The notes: generated from the letters alone by a model not told the origin. A stretch of 64,000 bases of DNA from Eledone cirrhosa (GCA_964016885.1 OZ024745.1:122698001-122762000), one strand, 5' to 3'; positions 11,471-25,049 are shown, counted from the first letter of the stretch. A program made the numbers and translations.

Positions 11471-11910
11471 CCCTTTAGCATTTAAACTGGCTGTATCTGG
11501 CCAGAATTCTCTCACCTCTTTCTGTTCAAACCGGCTGTAACTGGCCACTCATACTTAAGGTATGAGTTAAGGTATTGTTCTCAAAATAAATTATTGTTTC
11601 TGCTTTTGGCACAAGGCCAGCAATTACCCAGTGCATTACTGGTGCTTTATTTTATTGACCCCATAAGGATGAAAGGCAAAGTTAACTCTCGGTGGGATTT
11701 CAACTCAGAACATAAAGGGTCATAACTCTATGCTGCAAAGCATGGTCTCTGATGCTCTATCGATACTGCCAATCTACCATCCTATTGCTCTCAAAATAAA
11801 TAATATCAAAATCTCATAGATTCGATATTATGTGTGATAATTATATAACATAAAGCCTTTATCACTAAAATACAATAGTATATATATAGAGTAATGTAAA
11901 TGTTAATGGG
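11471..11910 (+). mobile_element. Family B MITE interrupted by a family A SINE (11592-11782, minus)
   Basis: TTAA flanks; SINE bounded by TATTG(T/C)TCTCAAAATAAAT at 11573-11591 and 11783-11801. Confidence 0.9.
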
Positions 11911-11914
11911 TTAA

Positions 11915-12147
11915 CCCTTTAACATTTACATTACTCTAGATATATACTATTGTATTTTTGCAGTAAAGGCTTTATCTTACATAATTATCTCACATAATAT
12001 CGAATCTATGAGATTTTGATATTATTTATTTTGAGAACAACACCTTAACATCAGAATGAGTGGCCAGTTATGGTTGGTTACAACCAGTTTGAACAGAAAG
12101 AAGTGAGAGAATTTTGGCCAAATAAGGCCAGTTTAAATGCTAAAAGG
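11915..12147 (-). mobile_element. Family B MITE sharing a TTAA with the previous copy
   Basis: TTAA at 11911-11914 and 12148-12151. Confidence 0.9.
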
Positions 12148-12312
12148 TTAAATGATTCTTCCATCTAGGAATTGTCTCAGTTTGAACACATACTCTCTGA
12201 TGAAGTCACTTGCCTGACAAGTACAGGTACTTAGTTTATTGTCACTGTAGTTAATTTATCATGTCATTTAATGTCTCCTTCACTATATCACTTCTTTCTT
12301 ACTTTCATCCAG

Positions 12313-13260
12313 CATCATCATCATCATCATCATCATCCTCACCACCACCATCACCCCCACCCCGTCATCGTCACTGCCTCCATCACCACCACCATCACCA
12401 TCGTCCTCACCACAACCCCCCAACCCCCCCTCCGTCATCGTCACTACCTCCACCACCACCATCATCATCATCCTCACAACCATCATCATTCTCACCACAA
12501 TCACCACCACCACCACCACCACCACCACCACCACCATCATCATCCTCACCACCACCCCCATACACCTTCATCGTCACTCCCCACCCCCACCCTCCTCACC
12601 ACCACCATCATCATCATCATCATCCGCCACCACTACCACCACCACCATCATCATCATTATCATCATCTTCCTCACCACCACCACCACCATCATCCTCACC
12701 ACCACCACCACCACTACCATTGCAATTGTTATCATCATTAGTGTTGTTATTATCTTCATCATCATCATCATCACCACTAACACTACCACCATATTTGGCA
12801 TCATTCTTGTCATCATCATCATCATCATCTTCCTCACTCCTCACACTGCTACCACCACCACCACCACCACCACCATTATTGTGTCATCACCACCACCACC
12901 ACCACCACCACCATTATTGTGTCATCATCATCACCACCACCACCACCACCACCACCACCACCATTATTGTGTCATCACCACCACCACCACCACCACCACC
13001 ATTATTGTGTCATCATCACCACCACCACCACCACCACCACCACCACCACCATTATTGTGTCATCACCATCATCATCACCACCACCACCACCACCACCATT
13101 ATTGTGTCATCACCATCATCATCACCACCACCACCACCACCACCACCACCACCACCACCACCACCACCATTATTGTGTCATCATCATCACCACCACCACC
13201 ACCACCACCATTATTGTGTCATCCCCATCATCATCACCACCACCACCACCACCATCATCA
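12313..13260. repeat. Compound (CAC/CAT)n microsatellite with a higher-order unit in its 3' part
   Basis: Anchor ATTATTGTGTCATC recurs 8 times between 12875 and 13223, separated by variable (CCA)n. Confidence 0.9.
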
Positions 13261-13412
13261 TCTCTACTTAATACTCCTTCTTTAATTTCCATTTTCCTAT
13301 ATTCATTATATTATTATATATTTCCTATTATTTATTCTCTCATTTAAATTATTTATTATTTTCTCATTTTTTCTGGCTTCCTTCCTTTCTGTCCTTCCCT
13401 TCTATTGTGCTA

Positions 13413-13860
13413 AACCCTTTCATTACCATATTTCAAATGAAAGACACTGCTTATGATTATCAAGTAATTCTGAAAATAATCAATAATTTGAAGGAATTTA
13501 GTAATATAACTAACTTTCCCATTATTAAATTGGTGTTCGGAACATAACTTAACAAAGGCTCTTACATAAAATTAAGATGGAAGACCTTTGTATGAATATA
13601 TAAACCCTTTCGCTTTTTTGTTATCATATTTCTAACAAAGAACACTGCTGATGATTTTCAAATCATTTTGAAAATACCAAAGAATTTTAATGGACTTAGT
13701 AATATAATTAATTTTCTCATTATTAAGCTGGTATTTGGAGTATACATTTACAAAGTTTCTTAGATAAAATAACGATGGAAAGTTATTAGATAAATATAAA
13801 CACTTTTATATCACAAAACCAGGAACAATTTCAGGTACTTTGCTATCAGAAAGGGTTTAT
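13413..13860 (+). mobile_element. Family D element, partial tandem pair
   Basis: AACCCTTTC start at 13413 and ~13603; ends GCTATCAGAAAGGGTT. Confidence 0.55.
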
Positions 13861-14193
13861 TCAAGACACAATGCATGTTTTCCTTTTTGTTTTAATTGAT
13901 TAGTGTAGCTTATATTCCTCTATAAACAAAAGCAGATTCTGTTTCAAAGATTTAGTCTTCTGTTCCATGGAATATTGCCATAGTGACAAGCATGAGAAAT
14001 TGATGTATATTATATATTAGGGAAAGAAGAGTAATCCACCATTAAGCTGGTGTTTGGAACATAAATTAAAAGTTCTTACATAAAATTATGAGGAAAAATC
14101 TTTTTTAGATAAATATAAACACTTTAATTCTAAAATTACCTAAAATAACCCTAAATCTAATTTCCAGGCTTGCATGGGTTACACATATGTTAA

Positions 14194-14596
14194 CCCTATA
14201 ACATTTAAACTGGCATATCCGGCCAGAATTTCTTCACCTCTTTCTGTTCAAACCAGCTGTAACTGGCTGCTCATACTCATGTTAAAGTATTGTTCTCAAA
14301 ATAAATGATATCAAAATTTCATAGCTTTGATATTATGTGAGTTAACTATGTGAGATAAAGCCTTTACCATGAAAATATAATAGTAAATATAGAGTAATGT
14401 AAATGTTATGTGAGATAAAGCCTTTACCATGAAAATATAATAGTAAATATAGAGTAATGTAAATGTTATGTGAGATAAAGCCTTTACCATGAAAATATAA
14501 TAGTAAATATAGAGTAATGTAAATGTTATGTAAGATAAAGCCTTTACCATGAAAATATAATAGTAAATATAGAGTAATGTAAACGCTAAAGAAGGG
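14194..14596 (+). mobile_element. Family B MITE with internal 60-bp tandem amplification (4 units)
   Basis: TTAA flanks; unit TATGTGAGATAAAGCC...GTAATGTAAATGT spans 14347-14583. Confidence 0.9.
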
Positions 14597-14675
14597 TTAA
14601 AACAAACAGCTCCTTCAGGTGGTTTGATATCAAAAGTGTTAAATATTTTATCTTTTATCTCAGTTTTTGTCTTAA

Positions 14676-14897
14676 CCCTTTAGCATTTACAATGCTCTCT
14701 ATATATATACTATTGTATTTTTGTGGTAAAGACTTTATCTTACATAATTATCTCACATAATATCGAATCTATGAGATTTTTATGTTATTTATTTTGAGAA
14801 TACCTTAACATTGGTTTGAGCAGCTGGTTATGACCAGTTTGAACAGAAAGAGTTGAGACAATTCTGGCCAGATATGGCTGGTTTAAATGCTAAAGGG
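14676..14897 (-). mobile_element. Family B MITE
   Basis: Perfect TIR CCCTTTAGCATTTA / TAAATGCTAAAGGG; TTAA flanks. Confidence 0.9.
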
Positions 14898-15201
14898 TTA
14901 AACCACTTTGCTTTTCTCTTTATCAGGAGGGCCATCACCATAGAAGTGGGACTTACTGGGTAGCATTTCTTCCCCTACTCTTCAATGGTGCATCCTCAGA
15001 TGTACAGTGATATGTTTATATCAGAACTCCACCTTAGTTTCAAATTAGAGTGCCAATCTAGAATGTTCTGAAGTCATCCCATAACAAAAATCTGGTGACA
15101 GGTATGTCTTGAGATATCTATCTTTCTCTTCCTAGTTGTATGGTTGCTTTTTCTAAGATTCTTTTTCTACTGCTCCCTTTAAACTAAGAACATTACATTA
15201 A

Positions 15202-15431
15202 CCTCTTCAGTGCCGTAGATGAGATAACTCATCCTAACATGTTTGAACTCATTTCCAACAGTTCATAACTTCAAATCTAGATGGAGTTACTAGTTTAGTG
15301 ATGTGACATTTGTCAATCATTCAGATATGTGTTGTTAATAAATGTTTAAAAAAAAAAAATAGTCATTTTACTGAAAAAAAACCCTGGCACAGCAACTGTA
15401 GCTATGTAAAATATATGCGGCAGTCAACAGG
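15202..15431. mobile_element. Degenerate TTAA-flanked MITE of another family
   Basis: TTAA-CCTCTTCAGTGCCG ... CGGCAGTCAACAGG-TTAA. Confidence 0.55.
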
Positions 15432-15646
15432 TTAACGCTACTTGGATATAATGTAGAGAAATGAGAGCATGCAAAACAGACAATAGACCCAAGCCGTATG
15501 TAAAATGTAGGTCTCTAAGGTTAGTAATAGGTTCAGACTAGAAGTAAAAAATGTAGTCACTAAGGCTGGTAATATATCAAGGCCAGATGTTAAATGTGGG
15601 CTCTATCTGAAACTGCTCATTAAATAATTTGATAATTAGTACTAAA

Positions 15647-15914
15647 TTGAGAGATCACAGCTCCGATACTATGTGGTTAGAATGTCTCAGGATAGAATCA
15701 CTGGACAGATTTTACAGGCAAAACCAATTGGCAGGAGACCCTGGGGTAGACCTCGAGCAAGATGGTTGGATAACATCCATGAGCTTGGTTGGTCACGCTT
15801 GGGGATCCAGCCAGATCAGTTGGAGACGATTGCTTCTGACAGGACCCATTGGAGGGAGTGTTTGAGGACTCTGCCCTCACGACCCTCTCAGGAATAAGTG
15901 GCCAAGGAAGATGA
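15647..15914 (+). mobile_element. RTE-clade LINE 3' end (Expander/Rex3-like)
   Basis: VVRM...GRRPWGRPRARWLD...DRTHWR C-terminal motif; 9-bp TSD AGTACTAAA at 15638-15646 and 15915-15923. Confidence 0.8.
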
Positions 15915-16784
15915 AGTACTAAAGTTTTATGTATAAACCACTATTATATACGTGTTCATGTTGCGTATATGATATATTTACAAGTAACAAAGAAGAATAA
16001 AAGAACCAAAATTTGAATAGTTTCACCAAAGAAATCGTAAGGCCCATGACAACAGGACAACTCTTCCCACCTTTCTGGTCTGGTTCATATAGAAACTAAT
16101 TAAATCATGTCCTCTACAATACTAAATAATGTCAGTGAGCCACTTGGGTCTGTCTAAATCTTTTGATACTGGTGACCAGCCATAACTATCCTCTGATTTT
16201 TGTTCTAAACATATTACATCATAAAGTGATTTGAGGGAGATCTGTTAACTATTTCTAGTAAATTCATTGTTGTCATTGTTGTTGTTGTTTGACACCTGGC
16301 TAGCTCTGAGCTCTGATCTGAGTAAAATGTATTCCAGCTATATATCAGAGACAACACTATTTAATATGCCATTCAAAGAAGGTGACGGGTTGTTACTTTT
16401 AGAAGGTCAAATGACCATGTAAAGGATCATTCATTGACCCAGCAATAAATAATTAGTTACTGGTAGTGGAAGAACAAATATCTTTGTGTAATGTCTCTGA
16501 ATTTTATAGATCGGTGCTAAATATGGATTGATAAAACAAGATTGTGATGCAAGGCTTTATATATTTAACTGACATGTCTAATTTGAGGAGCATCTGAGAA
16601 GGTTGGGGCAGTGTCTATGACATTTGTAATCCCTACTAGACTGGTATGATGGATACAACCAATACCCCTCCCCGCCGAACATCTGCAAGTTAACATCAAC
16701 CAGTAAAAACATGGTCAAGGGAGAGAAATGTTGTGCTTTGGTTGATTTTTTAATTATTATTTAGAAAATGGCACTTGATTTTAA

Positions 16785-17007
16785 CTCTTTAGCATTTACA
16801 TTACTCTCTCTCTATATATATATTTATACTATTGAATTTTCATGGTAAATGCTTTATCTCACATAATATCTCCCAAAATATTGAATCTATGAGATTTTGA
16901 TATTATTTATTTTGAGAACAATACCTTAAAATAAATATGAGTAGCAAGTTACTGTCAGTTTGAACAGAAAGAGGTGAGAAAATTCTGGCCAGATACAGCC
17001 TAAAGGG
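16785..17007 (-). mobile_element. Family B MITE
   Basis: TTAA flanks; one TIR partly deleted. Confidence 0.85.
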
Positions 17008-17148
17008 TTAAGAGGTTAACAGATTCTTATAAATATAATAATCTTTATATAGTAACATTTATTGTTTAAAAAGAATACATTAGGTAATATAGCCCATGGT
17101 TTACTATATCTTGTCTATACACACAGCATTGCCAAACCTGCAATTGGC

Positions 17149-17550
17149 CAAGTGGGGTGAGTACAGCTACACCCCTGACATGACCAAAACCAAAACAGAA
17201 AATGGTGGAGGTCAATCAGGGAGGGGTTCCTCTGGCAGGAGTGAAAAAGTCCTGGACTAAATACCTTGTATAACAAATATTCATTGCAATACATCATCAT
17301 CACCTTCATCTAACATCTATTTCCCTATGTTGGCGTTAGTTAAAAAGGTCAGAGCTACTGCCCTCCTCAATGACCAAGAAGCTGCATTGTGTTTACATAT
17401 GTTCCAGTTTTAGTATGCATTAAATGCCCTTCTTTACAAGTGTGGTGAGTACAGCTATACCCCTAACTTGACCAAAACCAAAACCAAAACAGAGAATGGC
17501 AGAGGTCAATCAGGGAGGGGTTCCTCTGGTTGGAACGAAAAAGGCCCTGA
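17149..17550. repeat. Two direct copies of a ~110-bp segment
   Basis: CAAGTG.GGTGAGTACAGCTA...GGTCAATCAGGGAGGGGTTCCTCTGG at ~17149 and ~17437. Confidence 0.8.
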
Positions 17551-18893
17551 ATTGAATTGAATCTATTACACTATGTATGTAAAAGAAGTCAAATTTTTGC
17601 TTGATAAATGTTGGCTTAGAGCTAAATAACAACCGTTAGACAAGTAATGAATTATATCTATTGCATTGAAGAAGACTGAAGACATTTTAAACACATTATA
17701 CATTTCAATAGAGAACTAACAGAGAAGAATTCTTAATACATTTCTAAATAACTCACAGGCATTAACTGTAATTTCATAAACAAATACTCAAATATTTTAT
17801 TAATGGGATAAACTGCTCAAAAGATAATAGCCCACAGCATTTAACTATATCTTATAACAAGTATAAAAATATATATACTGATAAAAATACAGATAAAAAA
17901 TGTATATGCAGATCACAATAGAGATAAAAAGTGTATATGCAGATAAAAATAGAGATAAAAATATAGATAAAAATGCTCTGATACTCTCTAGCTTTAAAAA
18001 AATGTTGGCCAATTAAGGTAGTTTAATTAAGGAAATCATAACCAAAAAAATCAACCAATTAAAAGCATCTAAAATGCCAATCAAAATTACTTAATTGTTT
18101 CAAAATTTCCTATTTTAGTAATCACATTTAGTCAATTACTTTAGACTGAAAAGCGCAATTTTCATTCATTCCTCAACTAAATTTTTATTTTTCAATCAAC
18201 CTAATATAATATTTTCACAATATTTATATTTTAAAGCTTTTGTTATTTTATTTTTCCCCTGCACTTTGATTTTTCCAATCAACCTAATAAAAAATGTTCA
18301 TGCTATTTTCATTTTAAAGCTTTTTATTGTTTATTACCCTGTATCTTATGAAGTCATTTTATATATTAAAAACAAAAATGTAGTTTGTTGGTTTTATTTA
18401 TCATCTGAGGTAGATTTGCAATATCTGCTTACCACAAATTACTAAACTGTTCATATTGATGTCTGAATAAAAAATTACTGATTCTCAGGTTTATATAATA
18501 TGTGAGAAATTACATTGTTTTTGAGAGGATCCCCATAGAACTATTGAGGACATAATCAATCTTTCTAGTGCTATCGATACAATAAAATGCATACATTGCT
18601 ATGATGCTCCACCGACCCCATGCCAGCAATGTGAAATGTGTGTAAAATGATGATAATGATGATGATGATTTACATTTGTGTGTATATTATATATATATAT
18701 GTATGTATATATTCTTTATACATACATATGTATGTGTGTGTGAATCTATACATATGTACACACCTGTATGTATGTGTGCGAGTGCATGCATGGTTGGGTG
18801 CACTCTGATTGGTCAATACCCATTTTTGGTGGTGCGTATATCGTCTGGTGCAGGATACACATACGCGACAGCGTATGGAAAAAAATTCTAGTA

Positions 18894-19081
18894 ATAATTG
18901 TTTCTACTTTTGGCACAAGGCCAGCAATTACCCAGTGCATTACTGGTACTTTATTTTATCGACCCCGTAAGGATGAAAGGCAAAGTTAACCTTGGCGGGA
19001 TTTGAACTGAGAATGGCAAGGGCCATAACTCTTTGCTGCAAAACATGGTGTCAGACCCGCTACCAATACTGCCAATCCACC
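18894..19081 (-). mobile_element. Family A SINE
   Basis: Match to the family. Confidence 0.9.
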
Positions 19082-19538
19082 TAATTGAAGTGAAACCAAC
19101 AGATGCCTGTGTTTTTATTGGCAGAATGAGCCTCCCAAAGTATAACAAAATTTGTTTCAACACATGTTTTGTGGTAAGAAATTTGCAATTTATACATATT
19201 TATCATAGTGTTTGCAATACAAGTCGTTTTTATGTCTACCTGTAATGTACGTGGTGCAGTGCAGGTAAGACATCATCATTCCACTTATTTTTTCATCTAA
19301 TTTTCCATGCAGGCATCTGTTGGAGATAGTGCAGCATGGATAAATGTATGAAACATCTTCTATTGTAAATATTGTGCAAGATTTCAGTTTCTAATTAAAC
19401 TGCATACAATTCTGCAATCAAGATATCAAGTGTTGTTGTCACACATATATATGTTTATCTACTTACCATGCTATATGTATTTACGTATGTAAGTATGTAT
19501 GCACATATATTTTTATGTTTATTAACTTACCATGCTAT

Positions 19539-19573
<35 letters not shown>

Positions 19574-19690
19574 AATATATATATATACATATATATATAT
19601 ACATATATATATTTGTACAGCCTCTTCGCTTCCACGTTTTTTTGTTTTCTGTTTACTCTCTCAACTTTAAAATATATATATACATAATAT

Positions 19691-21706
19691 ATCATCATCA
19701 CCGTTTTACGTCCGTTCTTCCATGCTAGCATGGGTTAGACGGGTTGTCCTGTTGTGGGCAGTGTCTGGTTGGCTGACCTTGTCTTGCTCATACAGGAACT
19801 GATTTGGCTTGATTTCTACAGCTGGATGCCCTTCCTAACGCCAACCTCATTTACAGTGAGTGCTGGGTGCTTTTTTCCGTGGAGCCTACACGTCCACTTT
19901 ACAGTGTGGGCTGGGTGCTTTTTTGCCATGGCACCTCCACGACCACCTTGCAGTGGGAGGTGGTGCAGGCATATTGTCTATATGCTTCAGCATGGGAGGT
20001 CGGGTACTCTGTATTACTGCGTGACACCAGAGGTCACGGTCGTGTGTCATCACCTTTGAGAGGTGTAATTGGGTAAGGTTGGCTTTTATCACCTCATCCC
20101 AGGTCTTCTTGGGTCTCCCCACTCCGCAGTTTCCATTGACTTCTAGTGCTCTGCACCTTTTTATGCAGCTGTCATCCTTCATACGCATCACATGTCCATA
20201 CCAATGCAACCGCTTCTCCTGCACAAAGCATTTGATTCCTCTTATGCTCAGTCTCTCTCTCAATTCATTTATGCTTTGTCGTTCGCGTATATTACTATTA
20301 CACACCCATCGGAGTATGCAGGCTTCATTTCTTTCTAATCTACGTAAGTCTTCCACCTTCAGCGCCCAGGTCTCACTACCATGTAACATTGCGGTTCGGA
20401 TACATGCATCATACAGTCTGCCTTTCATTTTGAGGAAGAAGCCTTTTGCAGCTAGCAGTGGTAGTAGTTCCCTGAACTTCTTCCATCCAGTTCTTACCCT
20501 AGTTATTGTACTTTCTGAACACCCACCTCCGCTGCTAATTCGGTCACCTAGGTAGCAGAAGCTGTCTACTGTTTCTACAGAGCCCTCCCAGAGATTGGTG
20601 GTACTTGTTTCCTGTGGCTGTTTGCTGCTTGCTGTCCCAGCACAGCTGCTGCATGTGAAGCCTACATTCTTAATTAAGCTTCCTGAGATCCTGCTACATC
20701 TCTTGTGTACCCATTGTTTGCATTTGGGGCAGAGATTGGAGTTCCTACCTACACCTTTCCTACATACTGAGCAAGGCCATTTCCCTGAAGGATCTGGGTT
20801 CTGTTTTCTCGTCTACTTACAAGGACCTTAGTCTTTGTCATGTTGACTTTGAGACTCTTTCTTTCTAGTCCCTGCTTCCAAGTTTGGAATTTCTTCTCTA
20901 GTTCTACCATAAATTCAGCTATAAGTGCGAGGTCATCAGCATACAGGAGTTCCCATGGGCATCCGGTCTTAAACTCCTCCATTATTGCCTGCAGGACTAT
21001 GATGAACAGGAGAGGGCTAAGAACAGAGCCCTAGTGGACACCAACCTGTACGCTAAATTCCTCGCTATACTCATTGCTAATCCTAACTTTGCTGACTGCT
21101 CCCCTATACATGGTTTGTACAGCTTTCACAAGCCATTCATCTACTCCTAGTTTTCTAAGAGCCCACCAGATTACAGCACGTGGAACTCTGTCAAAGGCTT
21201 TCTCGAGATCGACAAATGCCAGGTAGAGTGGCTTACTTCTAGCTAGGTACTTTTCCTGTAATTGCCTCACAAGGAAGAGGGCATCAGTGGTGCCTCTTCC
21301 TGGTACAAACCCAAATTGCATATCATCTAGTTTCACCTGTTCCCTAATCAACTGTGCTATAACTCTTTCTGTTACTTTCATGACCTGGTCCATCAACTTT
21401 ATACCTCTATAGTTTCCTCTATCGAGTGCATCACCTTTACCTTTGTAGCAGTTGACAATGATGCTACTGCACCAATCTTTTGGTATGATACCTTCTACTA
21501 TTACCTGGTTAACAATACGTGTGGGTATAGTGTGACCTACACACCCAGATGCCTTCAGCATCTCGGCAGCTATACCGGATGGACCGGTTGCCTTCTCCAT
21601 CTTCATATCTTTGATTGCCTTACTTACTACGCTGCTGCTGACTTGTACTGCTGGGCCCTCTATAGGTTCTACTTGGGGTAGGGTCTCTTCTTCCCATGCA
21701 TTCTCA
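19691..21706 (-). mobile_element. RTE-clade LINE, 5'-truncated and decayed
   Basis: RT motifs KATGPSGI, NYRGIKL, QFGFVPGRGTTDA, FVDLEKAFDRV, GVH*G, LLYADD, then LHGSETW and WYGHVMRM; stops and frameshifts; (ATG)n tail. Confidence 0.95.
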
Positions 21707-21978
21707 TATATATATATTATGTATATATATATATTATAATATATATATATATATCATATATATATATCATATATACATAATATATATATATATATATATC
21801 ATATATACATAATATATATATATATATCATATATACATAATATATATATATATATCATATATACATAATATATATATATCATATATACATTATATATATA
21901 TATCATATATACATAATATATATATATATATATCATATATTCATTATATATATATATATATACGCATATATATATATA
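21707..21978. repeat. (TA)-derived compound satellite
   Basis: Unit approximately CATATATACATAA(TA)n. Confidence 0.85.
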
Positions 21979-22488
21979 ATGTTAGAAGCCCTACATTAAC
22001 TAAGATAACCATAATTCCTATCAAAAAAGGGAATCAACACAACAGAAATTTATGAGAATCTAAACTGAAAGGTGGTAAGATAACATTTATCTGTAAACTA
22101 AGCCTACATTACTGTTCCTTGCTAGAATCAAATCATGACCAATTCATTTTGTTCTTCTTCAGCTTTTGCAAGTCTTCAATGTATTAATGAATTATATTAG
22201 TATAGTGTAGCATTCTGTGAATAGCATTTTAAACTAGATATGTCACTCTCTTTGTCTTTCTTTGTCCCTTATCTCCCCCATTACTTTTTTTTTCTATCAT
22301 CATCATCATCATAATTATCGTCACCATCATCATAAATATCATCATCGTCATCATCATATTAGATGTATTATGAGGAAAAGTTTCTTGATGTCAACAAATG
22401 AAATAATGACTGTTTTGAACCTCAGAATTATGTTCATAAAAGACACGTCACAACCCCCCCCCCCCTGATGTGAATTGCTTTCTTTTAA

Positions 22489-22712
22489 CCCTTTAGCATT
22501 TAAACCGGCCATATCTGGTCAGAAATCTCTCACCTCTTTCTGTTCAAACCAGCTGTAACTGGCCACTCATACTTATGATAAGGTAGTGTACTCAAAATAA
22601 ATAACATCAAAATCTCATAGATTCAATATTATGTGAGGAGATAATTATGTAAAACAAAGCCTTTACCACAAAAATACAATAGTATATGGGGAATAATGTA
22701 AATGCTAAAGAG
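22489..22712 (+). mobile_element. Family B MITE
   Basis: TIRs and TTAA flanks. Confidence 0.9.
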
Positions 22713-22891
22713 TTAATGCCTATTTCAGAATAATATCGTAGTGGAGTCAAAAATCCCCAAATAAGAAGTGTTGACCTTGAGAAAATGTAAACTGTGGAGA
22801 GCTGGAAATAATGCTGCAAGGTATTCTACACTCTACTGATTCTATCAAGCTTCAAAAGTTTTAAAGAGAGGTTTATGCAAAGAAAATTTAA

Positions 22892-23265
22892 CCCTTTAGC
22901 ATTTACATTATTCCATATATACTATACTAAGAGCGGTGGATTGGTAGCATAGTTACGTCCCTTTATGGACTGAGTTCAAATCCCGCTGATGTTAACTTTG
23001 CCTTTCATCCTTATGAGGTTGATAAAATAAAGTACCAGTAACATACTGATAATTGCTGGCCTAGAGCCAAAAGTAGAAACAATTATTCTATATATACTAT
23101 TATATTTTCATGGTAAAGTCTTTACCATGAAATCTCTGAGATTTTGATATTATTTATTTTGACCACAATACCTTAATATCAGTATGTGTGGCTGGTTACA
23201 ACCAGTTTGAACAGAAAGGAGTGAGAGAATTCTGGCTGGTTATGGCTGGTTTAAATGCTAAAGGG
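22892..23265 (-). mobile_element. Family B MITE interrupted by a family A SINE (~22930-23084, plus)
   Basis: TTAA flanks; SINE TSD ATTATTC(C/T)ATATATACTAT at 22907-22925 and 23082-23100. Confidence 0.9.
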
Positions 23266-23785
23266 TTAAACTACCAAATACACTCGTAAATTATAGGTTG
23301 AAAAAAACATAATCCTGCATTAAAGTGATCCCTATAAAAAAGTGGGTTATTATCACCGAAAGAGCATATAAAGCATGAGGATTTGTGAAAAATACAAAAG
23401 CATCAGATTTGGCAATGTGTGGAATAATTTTAAAAATTAGGTAAAATGATAAAATTAGGTAAAGATGAATTGATAATAAAATTGGTTTAAAAAGAATAGA
23501 TAACATTTTCATCACAAATTACTAGGTTAGGTTATGAGAATAAAAATTATTATATATTATTATTATAACACGACCATTACAATTGCAATTGGAAACAATT
23601 ATAATGAAGTATTAAGATTTATATAAATAAATTTTAAACTTTAACTGTACTTATTTTTCCTTTTATTTTTATCATTTTTATATATCTTTGTATTTCTAGC
23701 CCCACATTCATTGTAACCTTTATATTTATAATATGTTTGTATTATATATGTAAGCCCCTGTGGATAATAAATAAAGCATCACCAA

Positions 23786-24325
23786 TTGGCAGTATCGGTA
23801 GAGTGTCGGACACCATGCTTTGCAGCATAGAGTTATGGCTCTTTACGTTCTGAGTTCAAATCCTGCCAAGGTTAACTTTGCCTTTCATCCTTACGGGGGT
23901 CAATAAAATAAAGCATCAGTAATGTACTGGAGTCGATTTAATCGACTTTCCCCTCCCTCCCACCAAAAAACTAGCCTTGTGCCTATACTAGAAATCAGGT
24001 GGATTGGTAATATCGGTAGAGGGTCGGACGCCATGCTTTGCAGCATAGAGTTACGGCTCTTGCCATTCTGAGTTCAAATCTCGCCGAGGTTAACTTTGCC
24101 TTTCATCCTTACGGGGTCGATAAAATAAAGTACCAGTCACGCACTGGGGTCGATTTAATCGACTTTCCCCTCCCCCAAAATTGCTGGCCTTGTGCCTATA
24201 TAAGAAACCATTATTATTATTGCCTTTCATCCTTACGGGGTTGATAAAATAAAGTACCAGTAATGCACTGGTTATTTGCTGGCCTTGTGCCTAAAGTAGA
24301 AACAATTATTATTATTATTATTATT
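23786..24325 (+). mobile_element. Tandem of three family A SINEs (third is 5'-truncated) ending in (TTA)n
   Basis: Copies start near 23786, 23998 and 24221; the first two carry the longer GTCGATTTAATCGACTTTCCCC variant. Confidence 0.85.
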
Positions 24326-24498
24326 GTTCTTTGAGTCTCAGTCATTGATGTTAGTTAATTGGAAAGTTTGTTGAAATGAATATCAAGCCGCTACCTGCAG
24401 CCTCAGATATTCAGGACGTATCGGAGGGTTCTTGCTGTTCCCAGCAAGCATGCCTTTTGAAATGTTCCAAAAAGCGGAGCGAGGCCAATTTTCTTTAA
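24326..24498 (-). mobile_element. R4/Dong-clade non-LTR element, extreme 3' end
   Basis: Minus strand translates FQKACLLGTARTLRYVLNI*, followed by a short UTR and (TAA)n. Confidence 0.75.
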
Positions 24499-24524
24499 CC
24501 ATTATCATTATTATTATTATTATT

Positions 24525-25036
24525 TTAGTCTAATTTTTTTGTATTATTACTGCATTAGCAATCAGAGCTCTGTATACCTTGGTTATGTGCAGTGTTGGTT
24601 TTGATTTTGTTGTTTCTATTGTGTTGAGAATACTCTTCGTAATATCTGTTCAGTGCCTAGTAGTGTTATTTTTTGTATGCTTTATATATTTGTAGGTTTT
24701 GGTTATGTGTCTGTCTGTATGTTTCTTGTTTTATCATTCTCAGAGCACCTATCACTATAGATATTGTTTCTGTATTCATCATCCACATTTGGCTTATTTC
24801 TATCACTAGATCTTTATATTTGAATATTTTCTTGATTTTCTTGTTGTCTGCAGGGATTGACACTTCAATTAGATATTTTTTTCTTTGTGGTCTTTGACTA
24901 TAATGTCTGGTTGGTTGGCTTTGATCTCTCTATCTGTGTGTATTGGCATATCCCAGAGAATGGTTGCTTTGTCATTCTCTGACACTTTTTCTGGTGTGCA
25001 TCCATACCATCTTTTTTCTGTTGGTATTTCGGACTT
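24525..25036 (-). mobile_element. R4/Dong-clade non-LTR element, restriction-like endonuclease region and 3' end
   Basis: ILWDMPIHTDREIKANQPDIIVKD ... KYKDLVIEISQMW ... IVIGAL ... IQKITLLGTEQILRRV; ends in (TAA)n. Confidence 0.85.
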
Positions 25037-25049
25037 TATTATCATTATT

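Noticed and set aside
12195-12235. CTGATGA followed by a GTCA/TGAC stem
   Set aside because: The GAAA box is absent.
12261-13347. Long His/Pro/Ser/Thr-rich ORFs
   Set aside because: Open in several frames on both strands because (CAC/CAT)n lacks stops; no domain or splice support.
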